NCBI GenBank assembly: GCA_016292035.1
Contig: JAEEZR010000019.1
Location: 1-60,102, forward strand
Direction: 5' to 3'
Source of the DNA: Bacillales bacterium
GTDB taxonomy: Bacteria > Bacillota_I > Bacilli_A > RF39 > UBA660
DNA: 60,102 nt
Shown here: in pieces, positions 1 to 9,552 of the stretch
Layout: each line of letters starts with the position of its first letter
How positions within the stretch are numbered: position 1 is the first letter of the stretch
Notes under the pieces: generated by a model
Told to the model about the DNA's origin: nothing
The model's database searches: none
Seen by the model: the letters and a program-made list of their open reading frames with translations, nothing else
Position numbers and translations under genes: made by a program

Positions 1-2
1 CT

Positions 3-470
3 CCAGGAAACTCTGGAGGGCCTCTATGTAATGCCAACGGAGAAATAATAGGTATTATATCTTTAAAGATAGTAGAAAGCACAGTAGAAGGACTAGGATT
101 TGCTATACCTATTGAAGATGCTATCAACTTTGCTACAGGTCTTGAAGAAGAAGGAACTATAAGAAGACCTTATATAGGTGTAAGCATGATAAATGCATCT
201 AATAGATATGACCTTAAATATGAAGGTATACAGCTAGATAGTAAGATAACAGAAGGTGTAGTACTAGCAGAAATACAAAAGAATTCTTCTGCAGATAAAG
301 CAGGACTTAAAGTAGGAGACGTAGTAATAGCAGTAGAAAAAAACAAAGTAAGAGATATAGCTGAATTTAGATATAGACTATATAGTCATAAAATAAATGA
401 TGTTATAACACTTAAAATAATAAGAGACTCTAAAGAAAAAGAAATAAAAATAACATTAGGAAGTAATTAA
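3..470 (+). CDS. htrA: HtrA/DegP-family serine protease, 3' part (5'-truncated by window edge), with C-terminal PDZ domain
   Basis: The frame from nt 3 reads PGNSGGPL (catalytic Ser motif)...EGLGFAIP...RPYIGV and runs in frame into the 186..470 ORF (PDZ: SSADKAGLKVGDVVIAV). Confidence 0.92.
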   Translation, partial: PGNSGGPLCNANGEIIGIISLKIVESTVEGLGFAIPIEDAINFATGLEEEGTIRRPYIGVSMINASNRYDLKYEGIQLDSKITEGVVLAEIQKNSSADKAGLKVGDVVIAVEKNKVRDIAEFRYRLYSHKINDVITLKIIRDSKEKEIKITLGSN

Positions 471-501
471 TACTTCCTTTTTGTATTTAAAAAAGATAAT
501 A
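441..501 (+). repeat. 61-bp direct repeat, copy 1 (last 9 codons and stop of htrA plus terminator)
   Basis: GAAATAAAAATAACATTAGGAAGTAATTAATACTTCCTTTTTGTATTTAAAAAAGATAATA is identical to 1241..1301. Confidence 0.97.
458..482 (+). terminator. Intrinsic terminator overlapping the htrA stop codon
   Basis: AGGAAGTA-ATTAA-TACTTCCT hairpin followed by a T run. Confidence 0.8.
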
Positions 502-580
502 GTTAATTAAATTGTAAATAAAGACAGCTTTTATAATGCGATACTATAATTTATGATATAATACAAATAGGAGGAATATT

Positions 581-1270
581 ATGAATAATGATATTAATCA
601 AATGAATAAATCTGATGCTTTAAAAAAAATATTTTCATATAATGAAATAATTGATAAAGTTTCTATTAGTGAAGAACAACTAAATTTAGCTAAAGAGTAT
701 ATAAAAAAAGCAAATATAATCGGGGCTTGTGAAATAGGTGAACAATTACTTCAAGGAAAATATTCTATAGAGTTATTACAAAATGAAGAATTAAAATTAA
801 ATGAAGGCAAACCTGTTAAATATGAAAGTGCCGTTGTTTTTGTAAATTCTTTAATATCTAAATTAAATGAGCAAATAACTAATGCTAATCTAACAAAGGC
901 TCAAGTGATATTTATTTTAGGCACAGAATTATTTCCAGAAGTAAATGTAGGAGATTACCCTTTTATCGATATGGGTTTTGCTCATGATAGTTATCATGCA
1001 GTCGAAATAACTCATAAGCCTTCAAAAATGATAAAAGAATGTTTAAACGAAATAGGATTAAATAATGTTCTTATTGGAGATGAATACTGTAACTCATTTT
1101 TGACAGTCAAAAATGGAAATGTTGTAACTATGGTCCACGGGCGAGAAATGTTACCTTTATATATTGACGTTAATAATACAGATGAACTTGAGGGATTCAT
1201 AAATGCTACCGGATTTAATTCAAAAGATATTAAACAAGAGGAAATAAAAATAACATTAGGAAGTAATTAA
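581..1270 (+). CDS. Hypothetical protein whose C-terminus (EIKITLGSN) is encoded by the duplicated htrA 3' end
   Basis: 229-aa ORF with strong RBS AGGAGG; no recognisable domain. Confidence 0.8.
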   Translation: MNNDINQMNKSDALKKIFSYNEIIDKVSISEEQLNLAKEYIKKANIIGACEIGEQLLQGKYSIELLQNEELKLNEGKPVKYESAVVFVNSLISKLNEQITNANLTKAQVIFILGTELFPEVNVGDYPFIDMGFAHDSYHAVEITHKPSKMIKECLNEIGLNNVLIGDEYCNSFLTVKNGNVVTMVHGREMLPLYIDVNNTDELEGFINATGFNSKDIKQEEIKITLGSN

Positions 1271-1301
1271 TACTTCCTTTTTGTATTTAAAAAAGATAAT
1301 A
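1241..1301 (+). repeat. 61-bp direct repeat, copy 2
   Basis: Identical to 441..501, exactly 800 bp downstream. Confidence 0.97.
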
Positions 1302-1333
1302 AATGTGTTAATATTTAGTTGAAGGAGACTACT

Positions 1334-2257
1334 ATGAGAAAATGTGCTGTTGTATATAATCCAGAAAGTGGAAGAGAAGTAGATAAAAGAAACAAGGCTT
1401 CACTGCCAAAATATTTAGCAGAATATGATATGGATGTTACTATGTGCCCTACAAAAGGCCCTAAAGACGCTATAAAAATAGTAAAGAAACTACCCGATGA
1501 CATAGACTTAGTAATAGCTTGTGGAGGAGACGGAACACTTAACGAAGGAATAAATGGTAACCTACTAAGAGAAAAGAAACTATTAATATCACAGCTACCA
1601 ATTGGAACAGTAAATGATGTAGCGTCTATGTATGGTTATTCTAAAAACATAAAAGAAAATATAAATAAACTAATGCATGGAACAGTAAAAAATGTTGATA
1701 CATGCCTTATTAATAACTATGGATTTGTATACGTAGCTTGTATAGGATCTTATGTAGATGTATCATATAACACTCCAAGAAATCTAAAAAAGAAGTATGG
1801 AAGACTAGGATATCTTTTCAATGCAATACTAGAGTTTAATAATGAAGAAATAAAACAATTTGATATAGAATTTGAAGTAGACGGAAAAAGAAAAGAAGGA
1901 ACATACTCATTCATATTTATTACTAATACATCAAGAATGGGTGGATTTAATAATTTATACACTGATGTAAAACTAGATGATAATATGTTTGAAGTAGTTT
2001 TATGTGATGTTAAAAGTAAAGCTGACTTATTGTTAATAGGTAGTAAGATATTAACAAGTGAAATAAAAAAAGTAAAAGAAATAGAATACTATAGGACAGA
2101 TAACTTTAAAATAAAATTTAAAAAAACACCACCTAGTTGGGTAATAGATGGTGAAGAATTTAAGCATAGAACAAAAGAGTTTACTTTTACAATAAACAAA
2201 GATATAAACATGCTAGTACCAGGAAGAAACCTAAAAAAATTATTTAAAGTAGAATAA
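1334..2257 (+). CDS. Diacylglycerol kinase family (YegS/DagK/BmrU) lipid kinase
   Basis: YNPESG, CGGDGTLNE, LPIGTVND and IDGE motifs; RBS AAGGAG favours ATG at 1334. Confidence 0.9.
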   Translation: MRKCAVVYNPESGREVDKRNKASLPKYLAEYDMDVTMCPTKGPKDAIKIVKKLPDDIDLVIACGGDGTLNEGINGNLLREKKLLISQLPIGTVNDVASMYGYSKNIKENINKLMHGTVKNVDTCLINNYGFVYVACIGSYVDVSYNTPRNLKKKYGRLGYLFNAILEFNNEEIKQFDIEFEVDGKRKEGTYSFIFITNTSRMGGFNNLYTDVKLDDNMFEVVLCDVKSKADLLLIGSKILTSEIKKVKEIEYYRTDNFKIKFKKTPPSWVIDGEEFKHRTKEFTFTINKDINMLVPGRNLKKLFKVE

Positions 2258-2269
2258 AGGCTATCTATA

Positions 2270-4354
2270 TTAGATAGCCCTTTTTAATTTAGCTTCATCA
2301 TTAGAAACTTCTTCTTTATTTTTATTACTTTCAGCTTCATCTAGTGTTAGATTAGTTATTTCTGAAAAATACACAACACCATCACTTAAAGAAACATCTT
2401 TAATTTTTACTTCTAGCTTATGACCTACTTTATAAATTCTACCATTTTCTTTATTCTTAATTCTTCCGCTAGGAAGCATTTTAAAATTATTATTAGATAA
2501 ATCTTCAAAATTAATAATGCCACTTACATACTTACATCTAACAACTATATATCCTTCATGAATTTCTTCTATGTATCCTTCCATTACAGCTCCGACTTGA
2601 TCACTAATCATTTTCAAAAAGTTTAAGTTTTCTAGTTCGCATTGGCATCTTTCTGCCATTCTTTCCATCCTAGAAGCTCTAACTGAAACTTCTCTAATAA
2701 ACTTAGTTAATCCCTCTAAGTCCTTATCGTTAAGCTCTCCTTCATCATACATATCTAAAATATTAGAAATAACTAAGTCTGATATTCTCCTAATAGGAGA
2801 AGTAAAATGAACATATCCATCATCAAATCCTAAACTAAAATGACCTTCATTAGACTCACTATAATAAGCTAATCTTAAAGTGCTAAAAAGCATATTTGAA
2901 ATAAAAATCATTTGATCTTTAGAACTAGCATTTCTAATTAAACTTTCATATAAATGAGAACTATTAATATTAGAAAGATTGTTAGCACTATTAGCATATT
3001 TATCTAAATTTAATAATGTATCTTTTATTTTAGAATTAGAAGGGTAAGGCTGATTTCTATAAATACAAGGTTTATCAGTCATTGAAATAGCAACTAAATG
3101 ATTAGCCATTATCATGAAATCTCTAATCAAATTATGTGAAGAACACTTGTATTCACTACTCATATCTTGAGCACTAAATAGTTTGAAAGAATTCTTATTA
3201 ATTATCTTTTTATCTATCTCTCTTAATAGTTTTAATTCATTTAAATATTCAGGATAAACAACATCAGTTGAGTTTAAAGATTTATTAACATCATCATAAT
3301 TCATTTTCTTATCTGATCTTATAACTGACTTAACTATTTTATAATTAATAAGATTACCATCTAAATCAAATCTCATGACAACACTTCTAGCTAGTTTATC
3401 TTCATTTTCATTTAATGAGCATAAATCCTTAGAAAGCTTATCTGGAAGCATAGGCATTACCTGATTATCATAATAAAGAGATGTGCATCTACTTAGAGCT
3501 TCTTCAAATAATTTAGAACCTAGCTTAACGTAGTGAGAAACATGCGCAATATGTACATAAAGAGTATATCCTCTTCTATTCTTTTTAATACTGATAGCGT
3601 CATCCATATCAAGACACTCTTGTTCATCAATAGTAAAAGTAACTAGTTTTCTATAATCTTCTCTTTTACTAATTTCTTCTTCACTGATATGTCCATCAAT
3701 ATTTTCAAGCTCTTCATATGATTTATCTTCAAATACAGGATCAAATCCATTAGAGCATGCAACAGCTCTATTCATTATGTTATCATCAGTAATTTTACCA
3801 ATTTTCTTCACTAAGCTAAGCTCATATCTTCCATCAAACTTATTACTTGAAGCACTAAATAAAGCAACATCACCAGGATTTAACTTTTTCATAGTCATGC
3901 TTCCTGTAACAACTTTCATCTTTTTATTTGAATTAAGTGGTTTCAAAATCTTAACACCATCAATCAAAGCAACTTCACAAACAACGTTTGAAAAAGCTCT
4001 TTCAATAACTTTGACAACACTTGTCTTGTTTTTATCAATACTTACTAAAACTTTATCAAAAACTAAAGCGCCATTTAGATTTGCTTCATCTATATAAAAT
4101 CTATTATCATCTATTTCTATAAATCTTAAACCTTTTCTAGTAGACTTAAGTTCAGTAACAAAAAAATTAGAAGGCACACTTTTAAAGACACCATTATCGT
4201 CTTCAAAAAGAATACCTTCTAATTCAAGGTCTTTTAAAACAGCTCTAACTTCTGCATCTAAATGCTTTTTATTTATAGAGAGACTTCTCTTAATGTTTTT
4301 AAATGTAATAGCAGTTTGAGTATCTTTAAATAAGTTTATTAGTTTGTCTCTCAT
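2270..4354 (-). CDS. RNase R/RNase II (RNB domain) family exoribonuclease, divergent
   Basis: N-terminal HTH and cold-shock regions, TIDEQECLDMDDAISI catalytic Asp cluster, LCSLNENEDKLA, HFTSPIRR, C-terminal S1 domain. Confidence 0.88.
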   Translation of the reverse strand: MRDKLINLFKDTQTAITFKNIKRSLSINKKHLDAEVRAVLKDLELEGILFEDDNGVFKSVPSNFFVTELKSTRKGLRFIEIDDNRFYIDEANLNGALVFDKVLVSIDKNKTSVVKVIERAFSNVVCEVALIDGVKILKPLNSNKKMKVVTGSMTMKKLNPGDVALFSASSNKFDGRYELSLVKKIGKITDDNIMNRAVACSNGFDPVFEDKSYEELENIDGHISEEEISKREDYRKLVTFTIDEQECLDMDDAISIKKNRRGYTLYVHIAHVSHYVKLGSKLFEEALSRCTSLYYDNQVMPMLPDKLSKDLCSLNENEDKLARSVVMRFDLDGNLINYKIVKSVIRSDKKMNYDDVNKSLNSTDVVYPEYLNELKLLREIDKKIINKNSFKLFSAQDMSSEYKCSSHNLIRDFMIMANHLVAISMTDKPCIYRNQPYPSNSKIKDTLLNLDKYANSANNLSNINSSHLYESLIRNASSKDQMIFISNMLFSTLRLAYYSESNEGHFSLGFDDGYVHFTSPIRRISDLVISNILDMYDEGELNDKDLEGLTKFIREVSVRASRMERMAERCQCELENLNFLKMISDQVGAVMEGYIEEIHEGYIVVRCKYVSGIINFEDLSNNNFKMLPSGRIKNKENGRIYKVGHKLEVKIKDVSLSDGVVYFSEITNLTLDEAESNKNKEEVSNDEAKLKRAI

Positions 4355-4481
4355 ATTTATCTTCCCCTATTATCAATTTATCATAAAAAAATAGATTTGT
4401 CTATGACTTTTTTAACCCCTTTTTAATTTTACTTTTACTGCTTAGTATGTTATCATATTTATAGAATAGAAAGGTCTAAAA

Positions 4482-6113
4482 ATGAAAAAAGAAAAAAGAA
4501 AAACTGTAGTAAAAAACACTAATAAAAATGTAAAAGATAATAATGTTATACTAACGATAGTATCGCTAACTATATTTTTGCTAGCAGCATTTTTTACAGT
4601 AGCCCTAGCAGTTAAATATTATAATTTGAAAAATAATAATCTAAACTTAGACATAGATAATGATGGTTGGCCTGATATCAATATAGACACTAATGGTGAT
4701 AAAATATGTGATGTTAACTGCGATAAAGACCACGATAGAATTCCAGACTACAATATAAGTTATAAAAATATAACAATGCCTTTTTTCAACATAGATACCA
4801 ACAATGATAAATATGCAGACACTAATCTAATAAACATGGATTTAAACATGGATGGTAAATGTGACATAAATTGTGACAAAGATCATGATGGTTGGCCAGA
4901 AACAAATATATCTTTTCAGGGAAGTGTAGCAGTACTTAATATAGACACTAATAATGATGGAATATGTGATATTAACTGTGATCCTCAAGGACTTAAAACT
5001 GCTACTATTAATATTGATATAGATAAAGATAAAAAACCAGACATTAATATAGATAAAAACAATGATGGAATTGCAGACATAAACATATCATATTATAAAA
5101 AATATGATAAGGCTGTATTTAACATAGATACAGACAATGACGGAAAAGCAGATTTTAATCTAATTAATCAAATTGAAGATAATAAATGTATATTAAATTG
5201 TGACTATAACGGCGATAATGTACCAGACACTAATATAGATCTAACTGGTCAAAAAGTAGCCACACTTAATATTGATGTTAATGATGATAAAGGACCAGAT
5301 ATTAACATAGATTCAAATAAAGACACTATAGCAGATTTAAATATAGATATAGATAATGATAATATACCGGATATAAATATTGACATAAATGGGGATAACT
5401 TAGCAGATATTAACATTGACATTGATAAAGACAAAACAGCAGATTTAAATATAGATACAAATAATGACAATATAGCGGACACAAACTTATTAAATATAGA
5501 TTTAGATAATGATGATATATGTGACTTAAACTGTACTACAAACTATACTACATATAAAAATATAGACTTAAATCAAGATAAAATTCCTGATATGAATATA
5601 GACATAAACGAAGATAAAATACTAGACGCTAACTTTGATACCAACTTTGATGGAATAATAGATACAAACATAATGGATACTAATTTATTTTATTCTAATA
5701 AAAAAGATGTAGTGATAAATGATGAAATAAATACTTATAAAGTGAAAATGTTTTCATCAAGTGATATCAACTATTCAAAAATAATTCCAGGATGGGAAAG
5801 TACTAGAGAATTCTCTATTACCAATGGATCAAAAGATGATGCTATACTTGCATTTAAATTTAATGATATTATTAATGAATTTACATGGGATAACAGACCT
5901 TACTACAGTATATACATTGATGATAAAGAAGTAATAAAAGATGCTAGAAGCGGATATACAGTTAATAATGGAGATATTATATTAAATAATATTAAAGTAG
6001 AAAAAGGAACTTCTAAAAAAGTAACATTTAAGTTTAAATTTATAGAAACAACAAATCATAAAATGGATAATAACAAATTATTCTATTTGAGATTAGATGT
6101 AGTAAAACAATAA
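4482..6113 (+). CDS. Membrane-anchored surface protein with many DxDxDG/D-I-N-I-D Ca2+-binding-like repeats and a C-terminal TasA/CalY-like beta domain
   Basis: N-terminal TM helix; about 11-aa repeats such as DIDNDGWPDINIDTNGDKICDVNCD; C-terminal IIPGWESTREFSITNGS. Confidence 0.75.
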   Translation: MKKEKRKTVVKNTNKNVKDNNVILTIVSLTIFLLAAFFTVALAVKYYNLKNNNLNLDIDNDGWPDINIDTNGDKICDVNCDKDHDRIPDYNISYKNITMPFFNIDTNNDKYADTNLINMDLNMDGKCDINCDKDHDGWPETNISFQGSVAVLNIDTNNDGICDINCDPQGLKTATINIDIDKDKKPDINIDKNNDGIADINISYYKKYDKAVFNIDTDNDGKADFNLINQIEDNKCILNCDYNGDNVPDTNIDLTGQKVATLNIDVNDDKGPDINIDSNKDTIADLNIDIDNDNIPDINIDINGDNLADINIDIDKDKTADLNIDTNNDNIADTNLLNIDLDNDDICDLNCTTNYTTYKNIDLNQDKIPDMNIDINEDKILDANFDTNFDGIIDTNIMDTNLFYSNKKDVVINDEINTYKVKMFSSSDINYSKIIPGWESTREFSITNGSKDDAILAFKFNDIINEFTWDNRPYYSIYIDDKEVIKDARSGYTVNNGDIILNNIKVEKGTSKKVTFKFKFIETTNHKMDNNKLFYLRLDVVKQ

Positions 6114-6166
6114 GAAACTAGTAAAAACAATATAAATATAGTATAATATGAATGCTGAGGTGGAAA

Positions 6167-6622
6167 ATGAAAAGATTTTGGAAAGAGAATAAAGTACTAG
6201 TAGTATTAGCAATTATAATATTCATTTCTCTAGTGCTAATGGCAGTTGGATTATTCACTTATTTCTATAGGCAAGATGTAACAGTCTATGGTAATAGATT
6301 AAATGAAATAGAAAAACATAAAGTAGATGACAAATTAGATGAACAAATAAAAGCTAAATTTGAAAAAGGAATAGAAAAAGTAAAAATAGATATAAAAGGA
6401 AAAATAATATATATAATCATGGATGTAAGTGCAGACACAACTAAAGCAAAAGCTAAAGAATATGCTCAGACAGCTTTAAGCATAGTTCCTGAAGACACAC
6501 AAAACTACTATGATATTCAATTCATGATGACTAAAGAAAATGAGGATAAAGAAGAAAAAGAATTCCCAATAATAGGAGGAAAGAGTTCTTCTTCATCATC
6601 AATAGTATGGACAAACAATTAA
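6167..6622 (+). CDS. Hypothetical membrane-anchored protein
   Basis: RBS GAGGTG; single N-terminal TM helix; appears co-transcribed with the GGDEF gene. Confidence 0.75.
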   Translation: MKRFWKENKVLVVLAIIIFISLVLMAVGLFTYFYRQDVTVYGNRLNEIEKHKVDDKLDEQIKAKFEKGIEKVKIDIKGKIIYIIMDVSADTTKAKAKEYAQTALSIVPEDTQNYYDIQFMMTKENEDKEEKEFPIIGGKSSSSSSIVWTNN

Positions 6623-6631
6623 GGAGAATAA

Positions 6632-8629
6632 ATGAAAAATAATAATAAGTTTATTATTACTCTAGGATTATCTTTCGCCCTATTAATCGCGTTAGTAACA
6701 GGAGTATTAATTATAATATCTAATAATGGAAAGGGATATAGTTTCTCTGAAAAGAGTTACATGAATGCTAATGAAAGCAAAGTAATAGACATAAGTGTAG
6801 ACTCAAACATGTCTGCCTTTTCAGAAAATGGAGAAGGTGTATTCTATGATTTTATATCAGCTTTAGAAGACGACACTAAACTATCATTTAATATCTCTGT
6901 TAATACATCATCTAATTATAAATTAACAAATAAAAATATACTAGGTACTAATGATGAAATACTATATGAAGATCATTATGCATTAATATCATCAAATAAT
7001 AACATAGTAAGAAGTTTAAAATCACTTCAAGGACAAGCAATAGCAGTAATATCTTCAGACAAAGAATACTTACAAAATTATTTATCAGATTATAATTTAT
7101 CACTAGTTGAATATAAAAACTTTGATGAAATAAAAAGAGCAATGAATGACACAACATTATATGCACTAGTACCACTACAAAAAAATATATCAAACATAGT
7201 TAATTCTAGATATAACGTAGTAAAACATGTTGAAGGAGTTAAAAACTACTTTGTAATAGAGCTAGATCAAAATGAATCAACTCTAAGCAATATAATAAGG
7301 AAATTCAATAAGGCTTATCAAAAAGAATTAAAAGAAAGTTTAAATGAACACTTATTAAACTTATTCTATAAAGTTAATAATATAACTGAACTAGAAAAAG
7401 AAACTCTAATGGCAGATGACTTAATAGTTGGATACATAGAAAATATGCCATATGAAGGAAAAGTAAAAAATAACTTTAGTGGAATAACTAATGAATACTT
7501 AAATTCATTTGCTTCACTAACAGGAGCTTCATATAAATATATTAAATATAAAAATATAGAAGAACTAAAAAAAGCACTATCAAAACAAAAAGTAGATTTA
7601 ATAGCAAACTATAGTGAAATATCTGATAAAAATTATAATGAGATAAAAATTGGTTATAATACAGAATATGAAGTTTTATCAAACATAGCTAATAAAACAA
7701 CTATAGAAACACTAAGCATGTTAAAAGATAAAACAATAAAAACAGCATCAAGATCAATATCTAAACAACTAGAAAAAAGTTCAATTAAGATAAAAGAATA
7801 TCCTACATATGAATCACTTATGGATTCATTAACAGATGATGACATAATAGCTATTGAAAGAAATGCATATGACTACTATAAGAATAAAGAACTATCAAAC
7901 TTTGTAACTAAGATAAGTTCAACAGTAGGAATAAACAATTCATTCTTAATAAAGAATGATAAAACTACATTTGCTAATTTATTCTCATACTTTATGTCTA
8001 TATATGGAAATAAAGATATAGTAAATGAAGCAATAAATAATTCAATAAAAGCATCAAAAAGAAATCTAGTGGTAGAATTCTTAATAAACAATATATTTTA
8101 TCTAGCACTTTTAATAGGAGCTACATTAATATTCTTATTAAGAGTAAAGAGAAAAGTAAAAGTAACTAAAAAAATTAAAAAAGAAGATAAACTAATGTAT
8201 CTAGACGTAATGACTAACTTAAAAAATAGAAATTACTTAAATGATAACTTAGTATATTGGGAAGCTAATAAGATTTATCCACAGACAGTAATAGTAGTAG
8301 ACTTAAATAATATATCAGAAATAAATGATACAAAAGGACATGAAGAAGGAGACAATCAAATAATAGCTGCTGCTAAAGTACTAATAAATACTCAAAGAGA
8401 AAACAGTGAAATAATAAGAACTGATGGTAATGAATTCTTAATCTACTTAGTAGGGTATGAAGAAAAAGCAGTACTAATCTACGTAAACAAACTAATGAAA
8501 GAATTCAAAAATTTACCTTATAACTATGGAGCAAGCATTGGATATCAAATGATAACAAGTGAAAGTATGACAATAGATGATGCCATAAATGAAGCTCTTA
8601 AAAAAATGAGAGAGAATAAGGAAGAATAA
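6632..8629 (+). CDS. Membrane protein with extracellular solute-binding-like domains and a degenerate GGDEF domain
   Basis: Two TM helices; YLDVMTNLKNRNYL, VDLNNISEINDTKGHEEGD, and RTDGNEF in place of RxGGDEF. Confidence 0.85.
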   Translation: MKNNNKFIITLGLSFALLIALVTGVLIIISNNGKGYSFSEKSYMNANESKVIDISVDSNMSAFSENGEGVFYDFISALEDDTKLSFNISVNTSSNYKLTNKNILGTNDEILYEDHYALISSNNNIVRSLKSLQGQAIAVISSDKEYLQNYLSDYNLSLVEYKNFDEIKRAMNDTTLYALVPLQKNISNIVNSRYNVVKHVEGVKNYFVIELDQNESTLSNIIRKFNKAYQKELKESLNEHLLNLFYKVNNITELEKETLMADDLIVGYIENMPYEGKVKNNFSGITNEYLNSFASLTGASYKYIKYKNIEELKKALSKQKVDLIANYSEISDKNYNEIKIGYNTEYEVLSNIANKTTIETLSMLKDKTIKTASRSISKQLEKSSIKIKEYPTYESLMDSLTDDDIIAIERNAYDYYKNKELSNFVTKISSTVGINNSFLIKNDKTTFANLFSYFMSIYGNKDIVNEAINNSIKASKRNLVVEFLINNIFYLALLIGATLIFLLRVKRKVKVTKKIKKEDKLMYLDVMTNLKNRNYLNDNLVYWEANKIYPQTVIVVDLNNISEINDTKGHEEGDNQIIAAAKVLINTQRENSEIIRTDGNEFLIYLVGYEEKAVLIYVNKLMKEFKNLPYNYGASIGYQMITSESMTIDDAINEALKKMRENKEE

Positions 8630-8630
8630 C

Positions 8631-9515
8631 ATGATCAAAGTTAAAGAATACATAAAAAACGTATATAATTTAATGAGAAAAAGAGAAATGTTAACACTTC
8701 CAAGTTCTCTTTCTTATTATTTTGTATTATCAATAGTGCCAATAATATCTTTAATACTATTAATAGCAACTAACTTTAATATATCAACTAACTACATAAC
8801 TAATTTCTTTCAAAAGAATTTTTCAAGTGAACTAGTAAGCTTTTTAACTCCACTAATGACAAAACAAAACATTACAGTAGGATTCCTAGTTCATACATTA
8901 GTTGCTTTTTACATAGTATCTAATGGTGCTGATGCTATAATAGTTGCAAGCAATATGGTATTCAATACTGAAAATAAAAACTTCTTTAAAAGAAGAATAA
9001 AAGCTTTCCTACTTACAATAGCGTTAGTAACACTATTAACATTTATGCTAGTAGTACCTGTTTTTGGTAAACAACTAATAAACATAATGATTAAGCTGGG
9101 AACAAAAGGTAACTTCATAAAAGTACTAGGGACAATATATCCTATAGTAAGATTACCACTATCTTTAATAGTAATATATATAGGTGTTAAATTTATTTAC
9201 TGCTTAGCGCCAGATATGAAAATAAAGAGCAACTATGCAATAAAAGGAAGTATATTCACCACTGTTGGATGGGTAATAGTAACTTTTGCATTCTCTTATT
9301 ATGCTCGCAACATCGCAACATATAATATCTATTATGCAGGCTTAAGTAGTATAGTATTGCTAATGATATGGTTCTATTTCTTAGCATTTATATTTGTACT
9401 TGGATTATCTATGAATTATCAAAATGCATCACAAGAAAATGAAAAAAGTAACACTGCAATATTAAAAGAATTAGAAGAAAAAGTAAAAATAAATAAAATA
9501 AGTAATCAAAATTAA
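8631..9515 (+). CDS. YihY/virulence factor BrkB family membrane protein
   Basis: LSYYFVLSIVP, YCLAPD, YNIYYAGLSSIVLLMIWFY pattern; about 6 TM helices. Confidence 0.88.
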   Translation: MIKVKEYIKNVYNLMRKREMLTLPSSLSYYFVLSIVPIISLILLIATNFNISTNYITNFFQKNFSSELVSFLTPLMTKQNITVGFLVHTLVAFYIVSNGADAIIVASNMVFNTENKNFFKRRIKAFLLTIALVTLLTFMLVVPVFGKQLINIMIKLGTKGNFIKVLGTIYPIVRLPLSLIVIYIGVKFIYCLAPDMKIKSNYAIKGSIFTTVGWVIVTFAFSYYARNIATYNIYYAGLSSIVLLMIWFYFLAFIFVLGLSMNYQNASQENEKSNTAILKELEEKVKINKISNQN

Positions 9516-9552
9516 AAATACATGATATAATGATAATAGATGGGGGATAAAG

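Noticed and set aside
4640-5690. Periodic DNA repeats resembling a CRISPR array
   Set aside because: They are degenerate in-frame coding repeats (DxDxDG) without constant repeats, unique spacers or cas genes.
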